Sequence record: SRR31156797_1538
DNA length: 35,386 bases
Reading direction: 5' to 3' (one strand)
The position numbers and the translations under genes were made by a program. Each line of letters begins with the position of its first letter. Position 1 is the stretch's first letter. Below, piece after piece: positions 8,513-17,918 of the stretch. The notes beneath the pieces were generated by a model. That model made no database searches and had not been told where the DNA came from. It worked only from the letters and a program-made list of their open reading frames with translations.

Positions 8513-9634
8513 TTAATTGTTAGTGAGCCTTCCGAAAAACTGATAGTACATACATTTAATATTACCATTGTAGAGCTGTCGTTTTCTGTCAGCTTTCCTG
8601 CCGAATATTGGCTGTGTCTGTTCATAATCTGTTATCACATGACAAGAATATCCGGGTTTTTTACGATATGTATTGGCAAAATCTGTATATAAATCATATA
8701 ATTTTGTTTTGTTAGACAGACGCTTGCCGTATGGTGGATTAGTGATAATGTGACCGACCTGACTGGTCAACGTCATATCCTTAACATTTTGGTTACTAAC
8801 AGTGATATCTTTGGTAAACTTTGCCTTTTTAATATGAGTTCCACACATTGATAATACCTGGGGATCAATATCTCCGCCGGTTATCGGCGGCAGTGAACCT
8901 CTGTATTCATCATCTCTGCATTTTTCCTTAGCTTTTTTCCATGAATCTTCGGGCCACCATGGGAAATCTTGTGCAGAAAATCTACGATTTATTCCCGGGC
9001 CAATATTTCTGGCAAGCATTGCGGCTTCTATTAATATTGTTCCTGAACCACAGAATGGGTCATGGAGAGGTCTGTCGTATCTCCATCCGCTGAGCATTAC
9101 CAGACTTGCTGCCAGCGTTTCACGGATTGCAGCCTCAGGATTTAATACTCTGTAGCCACGAATGTGTAGTGGTTTACCAACTAAATCAACGCCCACGCTG
9201 ACAATATCCTTATGAATAAATACATCAATGTGGTATTTAGGTGCTCCCTGCACATAACGAACACGGCGCTTATCACATATTCTTTTGAATATTGATTTTT
9301 GTACTATGGATTGAATAGTTCTTTGTGAAAAAAGGGAGGAATTAACACTTCGTGCAATGACCTTACAGCTCACACCTTCTTCAATAATTCTCTCCCATTG
9401 AACATCATATATACCATTAAAAAGTTCATCAAAAGTAACAGCGTTAAAGTTTGCTACCTCAATCATAATTCTGCCGGCAGAACGCAGCATATATGCTGCC
9501 ATACAGGCATCAAAATGCTCACCTTCAAATTTCACTCTGGATGTAGCTACATCCAAAACATTAATATCCAAGGCTTTAATTTCCCTGTTTAAAACACCTT
9601 CCAAGGAATAGCCGGTTGTAGCAATAAACTTCAA
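8513..9634 (-). CDS. THUMP-domain class I SAM-dependent rRNA methyltransferase (RlmL/YpsC-like)
   Basis: LH.RGYR, AAIRETLAA, DPFCGSGTILIEAA, TNPPYG, LYNGNIKC; TTG start. Confidence 0.9.
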   Translation of the reverse strand: MKFIATTGYSLEGVLNREIKALDINVLDVATSRVKFEGEHFDACMAAYMLRSAGRIMIEVANFNAVTFDELFNGIYDVQWERIIEEGVSCKVIARSVNSSLFSQRTIQSIVQKSIFKRICDKRRVRYVQGAPKYHIDVFIHKDIVSVGVDLVGKPLHIRGYRVLNPEAAIRETLAASLVMLSGWRYDRPLHDPFCGSGTILIEAAMLARNIGPGINRRFSAQDFPWWPEDSWKKAKEKCRDDEYRGSLPPITGGDIDPQVLSMCGTHIKKAKFTKDITVSNQNVKDMTLTSQVGHIITNPPYGKRLSNKTKLYDLYTDFANTYRKKPGYSCHVITDYEQTQPIFGRKADRKRQLYNGNIKCMYYQFFGRLTNN

Positions 9635-9649
9635 AAACTTTTCTCCATA

Positions 9650-11032
9650 CTATATAATATATTTTTCTAGGTTATCATTCTTCACAATAGAAGTCAAATG
9701 TTCAATAACATATTTTTCATCAATGGTCAAATCTATCATTGGATGTTCACCGTTTGCGTTAAATGAGATATCCTCCAGTAAGAGTTCCATTATGGTATGA
9801 AGTCGTCTGGCACCGATATTTTCTTGAGTTTCATTTACGTTATATGCCAAGTCAGCCAGTTTAAGCAGTGCATCCTCTTTGAATACTAAGTTTACATTAT
9901 CTACATGCAGAAGCAATTGATACTGCTTGGTAATAGCGTTTTCCGGCTGGGTTAGAATCATTTGAAAGTCTTCTCGAGTCAGGCTGTTTAGCTCAACTCG
10001 GATTGGGAAACGTCCTTGCAATTCTGGAATCAAATCTGATACATCTGATACATGGAAAGCACCTGCTGCAATAAACAAGATGTAGTCAGTTTTTACAGAT
10101 CCATATTTAGTAGATACAGTAGAACCCTCAACCAATGGCAGAATGTCACGCTGTACACCTTCACGAGACACATCTGGACCTGATGAATTACCTCTGGCTG
10201 AAATCTTGTCAATTTCGTCGATAAATATGATACCGTGCTTTTCAGTCAAAGAAATAGCCTCTTCTTTTACCTGCTCCATATCAATCATCTTTGCAGCTTC
10301 TTCCTGCTTGAATATCTCCCGTGCCTGTTTTACTGTTACATGACGTTTCTTATACTTTTTGGGCATAATACCGCCCAGCATTTCGCTAATATTGATTTCG
10401 ACGCCACTGCCAGGAACCATTTCGGTTTTACCGCCTGTATCTTCTACTTCGATTTCAATTTCAACGTCATCAAGTTCACCAGCAATCAATTGAGAATATA
10501 TATCCTGTTTCTTTTGTTTTATCTCCTCGCTGTCCTGTTCGTCTACATTTTGAGGTACCTGCTGCTGTATATTACCGAAAATATTTCCTAAAGGCTGTCC
10601 CTGATTTTTTGGTTTTTGTCCTGATAGTTTTCTCAAAAGTCTTTTCAGAGCAAGAGCATCTGCCTGCTTTTCAACTGATTTGGCTTTTTCTTCTTTTACC
10701 ATTCTGATGGCAGTTTCTATTAAGTCACGAACCATAGATTCAACATCACGACCTACATAACCAACTTCAGTAAACTTAGTTGCTTCAACCTTTACAAAAG
10801 GAGAGGCTACAAATTTAGCTAAACGTCTAGCTATCTCTGTTTTACCTACACCAGTTGGTCCAACCATTATGATGTTCTTTGGTGTAACTTCTTTCTGCAT
10901 TGTTTCAGGCAGCATTGAGCGACGGTAGCGATTACGAAGTGCAACAGCGACAGCCTTTTTTGCGTCGTCCTGACCAATTATATATTTATCTAATTCATTT
11001 ACGATTTCCTGAGGAGTCATATTATGCTTCAT
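9650..11032 (-). CDS. hslU: ATP-dependent protease ATPase subunit HslU/ClpY
   Basis: [17 protein letters not shown] pore loop, [17 protein letters not shown] 11032 has better RBS spacing than 11038. Confidence 0.97.
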   Translation of the reverse strand: MKHNMTPQEIVNELDKYIIGQDDAKKAVAVALRNRYRRSMLPETMQKEVTPKNIIMVGPTGVGKTEIARRLAKFVASPFVKVEATKFTEVGYVGRDVESMVRDLIETAIRMVKEEKAKSVEKQADALALKRLLRKLSGQKPKNQGQPLGNIFGNIQQQVPQNVDEQDSEEIKQKKQDIYSQLIAGELDDVEIEIEVEDTGGKTEMVPGSGVEINISEMLGGIMPKKYKKRHVTVKQAREIFKQEEAAKMIDMEQVKEEAISLTEKHGIIFIDEIDKISARGNSSGPDVSREGVQRDILPLVEGSTVSTKYGSVKTDYILFIAAGAFHVSDVSDLIPELQGRFPIRVELNSLTREDFQMILTQPENAITKQYQLLLHVDNVNLVFKEDALLKLADLAYNVNETQENIGARRLHTIMELLLEDISFNANGEHPMIDLTIDEKYVIEHLTSIVKNDNLEKYII

Positions 11033-11576
11033 CTTCATTACCTCCTACTGTCTCCAATATAATGTTTTTGTTTGTGAAAACGCATATATCTGCAGCAGTT
11101 TCAATTGCTATTTTTGCAATTTCCTCTGCTTTCATATCAGTATATTTATTTAATGACCTTGCAGCAGCTAATGCATAATTGCCTCCTGAACCGATGGCAC
11201 ATACACCATCATCTGGTTCTATTACCTCGCCGCCTCCAGATAATACTAATAAATCATTTTTATCAGCTACTATCATCAGTGCTTCTAATTTACGGAGTAT
11301 TTTGTCTCCTCTCCAGTCTCTGGCTAGCTCTACAGCAGCTCTCTTTAGATTTCCTGAATAAGCCTGCAATTTTCCTTCAAATTTTTCTGACAAGCTGAAT
11401 GCGTCAGCTACAGAACCTGCAAATCCGGTTACTACTTGATCATTATATATTCTCTTCACTTTGTGAGCTGTTGCCTTCATAACAGTGCTTTGACCTACTG
11501 TAACCTGACCATCGCCAGCTACTGCACACACGCCGTCTTTTTTTATGGCTACGATTGTTGTACCTCTAAACTCCAT
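11022..11576 (-). CDS. hslV: ATP-dependent protease subunit HslV/ClpQ
   Basis: GTTI with catalytic Thr after a short propeptide, [20 protein letters not shown]. Confidence 0.97.
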   Translation of the reverse strand: MEFRGTTIVAIKKDGVCAVAGDGQVTVGQSTVMKATAHKVKRIYNDQVVTGFAGSVADAFSLSEKFEGKLQAYSGNLKRAAVELARDWRGDKILRKLEALMIVADKNDLLVLSGGGEVIEPDDGVCAIGSGGNYALAAARSLNKYTDMKAEEIAKIAIETAADICVFTNKNIILETVGGNEDEA

Positions 11577-11633
11577 AATGTGTTCCTTTCATATTTGCTA
11601 TATTAATTACTTCTTATTATTAACTAATGTATT

Positions 11634-12947
11634 TTATTTACTCTTTTCAAGATCATCACTTATTTTATTGATTATTTCCATAGCTCTTTTAGAATAGGCT
11701 ATTGCTCTGTCTTTTTTGTTTCTGATTCTTTTCTCCAGAGGTGCTATTATACCAAAGTTAGCATTCATTGGTGTCAGCTTCCTTGTGGCTGAATTTGTAG
11801 TATATTTTACTATTGCTCCAATCATTGTTCTGTCATCTGCCGAAAATATCTCTTTGTCATTGATTTCAAGGGCTAAATTGAGCCCCACCCATAATCCTGA
11901 TGCAACAGACTCTACATATCCCTCCACACCCATCATTTGACCTGCAAAATATAGATTCTTTTTAATCTTATGCTCAAAATACTCATTTAATAATCTTGGC
12001 GAATTGATATATGTATTTCGATGCATAACACCATATCGTAATATCTTCACATTTTCAAGTCCCGGTATCATAGAAAATACCTTTTGCTGTTCAAAAACCT
12101 TTAATTTCGTCTGAAAACCAACAATATTGTACATTGTTGCAGATGCATTGTCTTGTCTAAGCTGTACTACTGCATAAGGTTTTTGATTGGAGTGCGGATT
12201 AGTTATCCCTACAGGTTTTAGCGGTCCAAATGTCATTGTCTGCTTTCCTCGTTTTGCCATGGACTCAATTGGCATACAACCCTCAAAGACCTTATTTTCC
12301 TCAAATTCATGCACCGAAGCCGTTTCAGCATTTATTAAAGCATCATAGAACGCATTATATTCTGCTTCCGTCATAGGACAATTTATATAATCATCCCCAC
12401 GGTCATATCTAGAACCTTTGAATGCAATATCCATATTAATACTGTTTACATCTACAATTGGTGCGACAGCATCATAAAAATACAGGCTGTCTTCGCAGTA
12501 GTTTTCTACTATATCTTTTGCAAGTACGTCAGATGTCAATGGTCCTGTTGCTAAAATGACGTATTCATCCTGTGGTACTTGTCGTACCTCTTGCTCAATT
12601 ATTGTAATATTTTCATGTGTACGGATTTTGTCATCAATGTGTTTTGAGAACAATTCTCTATCTACTGCCAACGCACCACCTGCAGGTATCCTTGTAGCAT
12701 CAGCAGCCTGTATTATCAGAGAGTCAAGTTCCCTTAATTCTTCTTTTAGCAGTCCTACAGCGTTTTCTATTCTGTCAGATTTAAGTGAATTGGAGCATAC
12801 CAGTTCGCCAAAAGTGGATAATGTATGTGCAGGACTTTTTTTAGTTGGTTTCATCTCATAGAGTGTTACGGCAATACCTCTGTTGGCAATCTGCCATGCT
12901 GCTTCACAGCCGGCTAACCCAGCACCTACTATTGTTACTTTTTTCAT
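11634..12947 (-). CDS. trmFO: Folate/FAD-dependent tRNA U54 methyltransferase TrmFO (Gid)
   Basis: GAGLAGCEAAW, ELVCSNSL, FEGCMPIE, RYGVMHRN, GVEGYVES. Confidence 0.97.
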   Translation of the reverse strand: MKKVTIVGAGLAGCEAAWQIANRGIAVTLYEMKPTKKSPAHTLSTFGELVCSNSLKSDRIENAVGLLKEELRELDSLIIQAADATRIPAGGALAVDRELFSKHIDDKIRTHENITIIEQEVRQVPQDEYVILATGPLTSDVLAKDIVENYCEDSLYFYDAVAPIVDVNSINMDIAFKGSRYDRGDDYINCPMTEAEYNAFYDALINAETASVHEFEENKVFEGCMPIESMAKRGKQTMTFGPLKPVGITNPHSNQKPYAVVQLRQDNASATMYNIVGFQTKLKVFEQQKVFSMIPGLENVKILRYGVMHRNTYINSPRLLNEYFEHKIKKNLYFAGQMMGVEGYVESVASGLWVGLNLALEINDKEIFSADDRTMIGAIVKYTTNSATRKLTPMNANFGIIAPLEKRIRNKKDRAIAYSKRAMEIINKISDDLEKSK

Positions 12948-13109
12948 TTATATTCCTTATAAAATGTACATAGCTAGAAATCAAATAACCGTTAATGTAT
13001 GCTTAGTCAATGGACTTATAAGTAAATCAGAGACTAGCCATACTATAAATATGCAGCTTATTCTCTAGCTGTAGTTTCGCTTTTATTTCATAAAAGCACC
13101 TAATAATAT

Positions 13110-14210
13110 TTATGATTTTGCATACCTGTTACCGGGCAATTTGGTAATATAGCCTTTTATCTCCAGTTTGGCTAACAAGCTTAGCAATTGAGTAGGGGAG
13201 TAATCCAGCATAAACTGCAGTTCATCGAATTTGCTCCCTGTATCATTTATTGTATTATACACTGTTTTTTCCTGCTTATCCATACCATCTAGGAATATAC
13301 TTCTGTCACTCATATTTTCAGTCTGTCGCCATCCAAACCAATCCATTATATCACGATAATCAAGGACTACAGTACAGCCTTCTCTTATTAAGCTGTTTGG
13401 AGTATATGATTTATCTGATGTGATATTTCCGGGGATAGCCAGCACATCTCGTCCCTGATCCTGTGCATGGTCTATAGTTCTGTTTGTTCCGCTGGTTTTT
13501 GCAGCTTCTACTACTAGAATACCCTTTGATATACCGCTGATAATCCTGTTCCTTGCAGGGAAATGATATTTTAATGGTGGTATGGAAGGAGGGTACTCGG
13601 ATACAATTAGTCCAGATTCTTCAATTTGCTTATATATTCTTGTATTGCAAGAGGGATAACATATATCTACTCCGCATCCTAATACAGCTATAGTATCGCC
13701 CTTTACTGATAATGCACCCATGTGGGCATTTGCATCTATTCCCATTGCCATCCCTGAAACTACACATACGTTATTTTTTGCAAGTTCGGAAGAAATTTTC
13801 ACTGCCGTAGTTTCACCATAATATGTAGGAGTACGAGAGCCGATGATTCCGATTGTACGATTGTGATTCAGCAAAGAGATATTTCCCTTACAGTATAGGG
13901 TTGGAGGAGGGTCATAAATATGTTTTAGTAAAGTAGAATATTGTTTATTCATCATTGGAAGAGCTGTTATACCCTTTTTATCCATGACTTCAATAAGCCT
14001 GTCAATATATTTTGGATTTATGCTTGCTCTGATATTTTGTTTCAGATTTTCATTTATAAACGATAGTTTATTTATATCCTTGCAGATCGAATTTATACAA
14101 TAACCAATATCCTGATAATAATTTATAAGTTTATTGAATGTGGTCGGTGTCATGCCTTTAATGCTTGATAACCATATCCACTCTTTATCTTTGATACTAT
14201 ATTCCGCCAT
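13110..14210 (-). CDS. dprA: DNA-processing protein DprA
   Basis: DPPPTLY.KG, IIGSR, VSGMAMGIDA.AH, FPARNRIISG, C-terminal winged helix. Likely start is ATG 14210, overlapping the end of comM. Confidence 0.95.
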   Translation of the reverse strand: MAEYSIKDKEWIWLSSIKGMTPTTFNKLINYYQDIGYCINSICKDINKLSFINENLKQNIRASINPKYIDRLIEVMDKKGITALPMMNKQYSTLLKHIYDPPPTLYCKGNISLLNHNRTIGIIGSRTPTYYGETTAVKISSELAKNNVCVVSGMAMGIDANAHMGALSVKGDTIAVLGCGVDICYPSCNTRIYKQIEESGLIVSEYPPSIPPLKYHFPARNRIISGISKGILVVEAAKTSGTNRTIDHAQDQGRDVLAIPGNITSDKSYTPNSLIREGCTVVLDYRDIMDWFGWRQTENMSDRSIFLDGMDKQEKTVYNTINDTGSKFDELQFMLDYSPTQLLSLLAKLEIKGYITKLPGNRYAKS

Positions 14211-15735
14211 TTGTCCAATACTTCCTGTCAAGTGTTCTGTACTGCAACGCTTCCAAAATATGGTCTTCCTGAATATTTTCACTGTTAGCCAGGTCAGCTA
14301 TAGTTCTGGAAATTTTTAATATTCTGTCATATGCACGAGCAGAGAAAGTCAGCTTATTAAAATAATCATTTAATAGCTTTCTTGTTGATTTATCGATTTT
14401 GCAGTATTTTTCCTTATGATTTGGCTTTAGTTGCGCATTATAGTATATACCGTCATTTTTATACCTATTTAGTTGAATATTCCGTGCTTGCTGAACTCTT
14501 TTTAGAATATCATCACTGCTTTCACCTCTTGAATTATCATCAAGATCGGTGAATGATATACCATCCACTTCCAGTTGAATGTCAATTCTATCTAATAACG
14601 GACCGCTTACTTTATGCAGATATCTAGATATTTGGCCTTTATTACAGGTGCATTCGTTATATTTTGAACCAAAGTGACCACATGGACAGGGATTCATAGA
14701 AGCAACGAGCATTATTTCTGATGGGAATACACATGTGCCGCTTGCTCTGGATACTGTTATTATTCCATCCTCTAATGGCTGACGTAGTGCTTCTAGAACC
14801 TGCCTTTGGAATTCAGGCAGTTCATCCAGAAATAGAACACCATGATGAGCTAAGCTGATTTCACCTGGTCTTAGATTAGTACCTCCTCCTGTCAGAGCGA
14901 CGGAAGAAGATGTATGATGAGGGTTTCTAAAAGGACGCCGAGTCAGCAATCCGTTGCCCTTTAACTCTCCTGCTATTGAATGAATTTTGGTAACTTCTAA
15001 TGATTCTTCAAAGGTCAAAGGTGGTAGTATCCCTGACAAAGCTTTTGCCATCATTGTTTTACCAGAACCGGGAGGACCAATCATCAGCACATTGTGTCCG
15101 CCTGATGCGGCAATCTCCAGTGCACGTTTTGCTACAAACTGTCCCTTTATATATGCAAAATCAATGTTTGATTCATTAGTATTAATATATTCGTTGAAAT
15201 CTATAGGTTTTATAGGTTTTATGGGTTTATTATTATTTAGATAATCCAGTAATTCGCTAAGGCTGTCCACTGGTATGATATCAATATTATGAATACAATT
15301 TACTTCATTTTCATTTTCTTTTGGGAGGAATATACGTTTGAAACCGTGATTAAGTGCTGAGACTATCATAGCAATAGCACCATTTACTCTGCGAATACTT
15401 CCATCGAGAGATAGCTCACCAATAAAGCACGAACTATCAATATCTACACCTATATAATCCATAGCTTTTAGTATACCAAGAGCTATCGGAACGTCATAGA
15501 TTGCCCCATCCTTTTTCTTATCAGCAGGTGCTAGGTTTGCAGTAATTCTGCGTGTTGGAAACGAACCAAGAGTATTTGATATCGCTGCCTTTACTCTTTC
15601 TCGTGACTCACGAACACTAGCTCCGGGGAGACCTACCATATCAAAACAAGGGATCCCATTAACAATGTTTACCTCAACTACTACATGATATCCTTTAATA
15701 CCCTCAAAGCCTAGACTATTTATTTTTGCTAACAT
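14197..15735 (-). CDS. comM: YifB/ComM family Mg-chelatase-like AAA+ ATPase
   Basis: VGLPG.SVRESRERV, NLAPAD, GPPGSGKT, PFRNPHH, FLDELPEF, NPCPCG, LLDRID. Confidence 0.93.
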   Translation of the reverse strand: MLAKINSLGFEGIKGYHVVVEVNIVNGIPCFDMVGLPGASVRESRERVKAAISNTLGSFPTRRITANLAPADKKKDGAIYDVPIALGILKAMDYIGVDIDSSCFIGELSLDGSIRRVNGAIAMIVSALNHGFKRIFLPKENENEVNCIHNIDIIPVDSLSELLDYLNNNKPIKPIKPIDFNEYINTNESNIDFAYIKGQFVAKRALEIAASGGHNVLMIGPPGSGKTMMAKALSGILPPLTFEESLEVTKIHSIAGELKGNGLLTRRPFRNPHHTSSSVALTGGGTNLRPGEISLAHHGVLFLDELPEFQRQVLEALRQPLEDGIITVSRASGTCVFPSEIMLVASMNPCPCGHFGSKYNECTCNKGQISRYLHKVSGPLLDRIDIQLEVDGISFTDLDDNSRGESSDDILKRVQQARNIQLNRYKNDGIYYNAQLKPNHKEKYCKIDKSTRKLLNDYFNKLTFSARAYDRILKISRTIADLANSENIQEDHILEALQYRTLDRKYWTNGGI

Positions 15736-15976
15736 AATTCTACCTAATCATATATTTACATTGTCAATTATAGATTAGTTTGCAATAATATGCAAATATT
15801 ATGAATTTAATATATATTGTTAATATATGTTGTGAAAGTTTTGTATTATAACTGTACTTTATGTCGAAATTATATAAATAGTAAATTATATTTATATATA
15901 AATTGTTAAAGGCATTAACTTATGGTTTATATTTATTATTGTGAATAGTTTTTATTCTAAAGGAGAAAAGAATTAT

Positions 15977-16846
15977 ATGATAAAGTTTGGGTTTATAGGT
16001 TTAGATGATATTACTGAAATAATGTGCAAAAAATTAGTTGAAGGTACAAATTCTATTGTATATGTTTACGATTTAGTAATAGCCAGGAGTGAATATCTAG
16101 CAAAGTTTGGTGCAGTACCCTGTGAGGTTATTACAGATGTTTCTGAAAGAGCAGATATAATTTTCATAAAATATAGAAATTCTACAGATGTACAAGGTGC
16201 TATTTATGCTATTCTCGGCGGTTTAAGGCATTCTAATATTATAATTGATATGTCACCAAACAGTATGGAAATGTCTGAGCAGTTTGCTAATATGATAAAA
16301 GACAACGGTGCAGAGTATGTTGATGCTCCTGTTATTAAAAATGGAAAAACTCTAGAAGACATTAGAATAACTATGCTTTATGGCGGTACTTCAAATGTTT
16401 ATGTAAAGGTTTCTGATTATTTAAAAATTATAGCAGATGTTCTGGTCCAATGCGGTGACAATACATCGGGTGTATGTATGTATATGTGTTATGCAGTGCT
16501 TTTAACACAGATACAAAACGGTGTTAACGAAGCTGTTCTGCTGGCATCAAAAAATGGAATATTTATAACTGAAATTATAAAAGCCATAAAAAATAGTCCT
16601 GCACAGAATTTGTTTATACAGGAATACGGCGAGAACTTGGTGAAGAATGAATTCCCTAGAAATATTACAATTGACGAAATACAAAATGCTATAAGTATGG
16701 CAAAGGATTTAGCTAAAAAGAATTCATATAGTCTTAAGGGTCTTAATTTGGTAAATGGAATTTATGAATCAGCAATTGACAGGAAGCTAAAAACTCATGA
16801 TATTACTGAGCTATATTCAATAATGAAAAGATCTAGTTATTTATAA
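15977..16846 (+). CDS. Beta-hydroxyacid dehydrogenase family protein (HIBADH/GarR fold) with degenerate motifs, probable pseudoenzyme
   Basis: Collinear with GarR/MmsB (FGFIGL, IIDMS, YVDAPV, YGG, NEAVLLA), but the key motifs are altered. Start ATG 15977 after an AAGGAG RBS. Confidence 0.75.
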   Translation: MIKFGFIGLDDITEIMCKKLVEGTNSIVYVYDLVIARSEYLAKFGAVPCEVITDVSERADIIFIKYRNSTDVQGAIYAILGGLRHSNIIIDMSPNSMEMSEQFANMIKDNGAEYVDAPVIKNGKTLEDIRITMLYGGTSNVYVKVSDYLKIIADVLVQCGDNTSGVCMYMCYAVLLTQIQNGVNEAVLLASKNGIFITEIIKAIKNSPAQNLFIQEYGENLVKNEFPRNITIDEIQNAISMAKDLAKKNSYSLKGLNLVNGIYESAIDRKLKTHDITELYSIMKRSSYL

Positions 16847-16879
16847 GCAATAACAAATAACGCTTTAAGTGTTGTTGTA

Positions 16880-17791
16880 TTACTCATCCCAGATACTAAG
16901 CTGTTTAAATGCAGTCTTAGTTTTTTTAACCTTTTTATATTTACGAGTGCTTACAGAATCCAAATCATACTTTCTGCTGATTTCTTTAATTATTTTGTAC
17001 AATGCCCGCTGATATTCTTTTGGTGCATATGCAGTTTCATATAGTTTAATCAAATCATCATAGTATTGCGGGAATGAGTATTTTATGAAGTTTAGAAAAT
17101 ATGGTTTGGTTTCACCTTTTAGGTTAAGAGTGCCTGGAAGAACATAATTAACTCCTGCATCGTATCCGCCCTGATAGATTTTATCAATATTTTCTCTGTT
17201 ATCAGTAATAAAAGGAATTATCGGCATCATATGGACACCTGTTTTTGCATTTGATTTAGAGAATTCATATAGTACGGAGAACCTCCTGCAAGTAGAAACA
17301 GCACCGGGTTCAATTTTTTTTGCAATATCCTCATCTGCGCTTGTAATAGTGCAGGCAATATTAACATGTGCAATTCTTGAAAGCTCATCAAGGAGATTAT
17401 AGTCTCGCAGTATCAAATCTGATTTAGTAGAGATTATAACTGGTGTTTTATACTTAATAAAAAGCTTTAATAGTTTTGGCATAATCTCTAATTCTTTTTC
17501 TATTTCCTGATAGCTGTCTGTTACACCGCCTAGATTTACTATTTTGCCTTGTGTTTTGTTTGATTGTAGCTCTTTTTTAACCATTTCTACAATATTTTGT
17601 TTAACGTAAATACTGTTATAAAAATCATCATTTCCCAGGTAATAATGAGAATATTGTGCAAAACAATATTTACACCCATTGCTGCATCCTCTATAGATAT
17701 TTAAGTCCCATGAATATGGTAGATGAGGACTGTTTATTTTATTGAATCCGCTTTTTACATCAATATATTTGTAATTTTTATTTGTTGACAT
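16880..17791 (-). CDS. Radical SAM protein, spore-photoproduct-lyase-like/Rv2578c-type family
   Basis: NIYRGCSNGCKYCFA (CxxxCxxC), VTDSYQ, STKSDLILRD, IEPGA, PIIPFITD. Confidence 0.88.
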   Translation of the reverse strand: MSTNKNYKYIDVKSGFNKINSPHLPYSWDLNIYRGCSNGCKYCFAQYSHYYLGNDDFYNSIYVKQNIVEMVKKELQSNKTQGKIVNLGGVTDSYQEIEKELEIMPKLLKLFIKYKTPVIISTKSDLILRDYNLLDELSRIAHVNIACTITSADEDIAKKIEPGAVSTCRRFSVLYEFSKSNAKTGVHMMPIIPFITDNRENIDKIYQGGYDAGVNYVLPGTLNLKGETKPYFLNFIKYSFPQYYDDLIKLYETAYAPKEYQRALYKIIKEISRKYDLDSVSTRKYKKVKKTKTAFKQLSIWDE

Positions 17792-17918
17792 AATCTTATT
17801 ATACTTAAAGACTTTCTATTAAACAAATATATAATTTATTCAAAATCCTTCCTGTATACAATATCTTAAATTACAGATAATAAGAAAAGCCTAAAGAATT
17901 TTTTTAAGGAGCAAGTAA

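Noticed and set aside
13083..13101. Minus-strand AGGTG-N5-ATG AAA TAA after dprA, where topA normally starts
   Set aside because: Only two codons, and the following sequence does not resemble TopA in the frame I read, so it cannot be called a topA remnant.
15903..15921. Rex-like TTGTTAA-N5-TTAACTT
   Set aside because: Spacer is 5 bp rather than 4, the right arm is imperfect, and the background is AT-rich.
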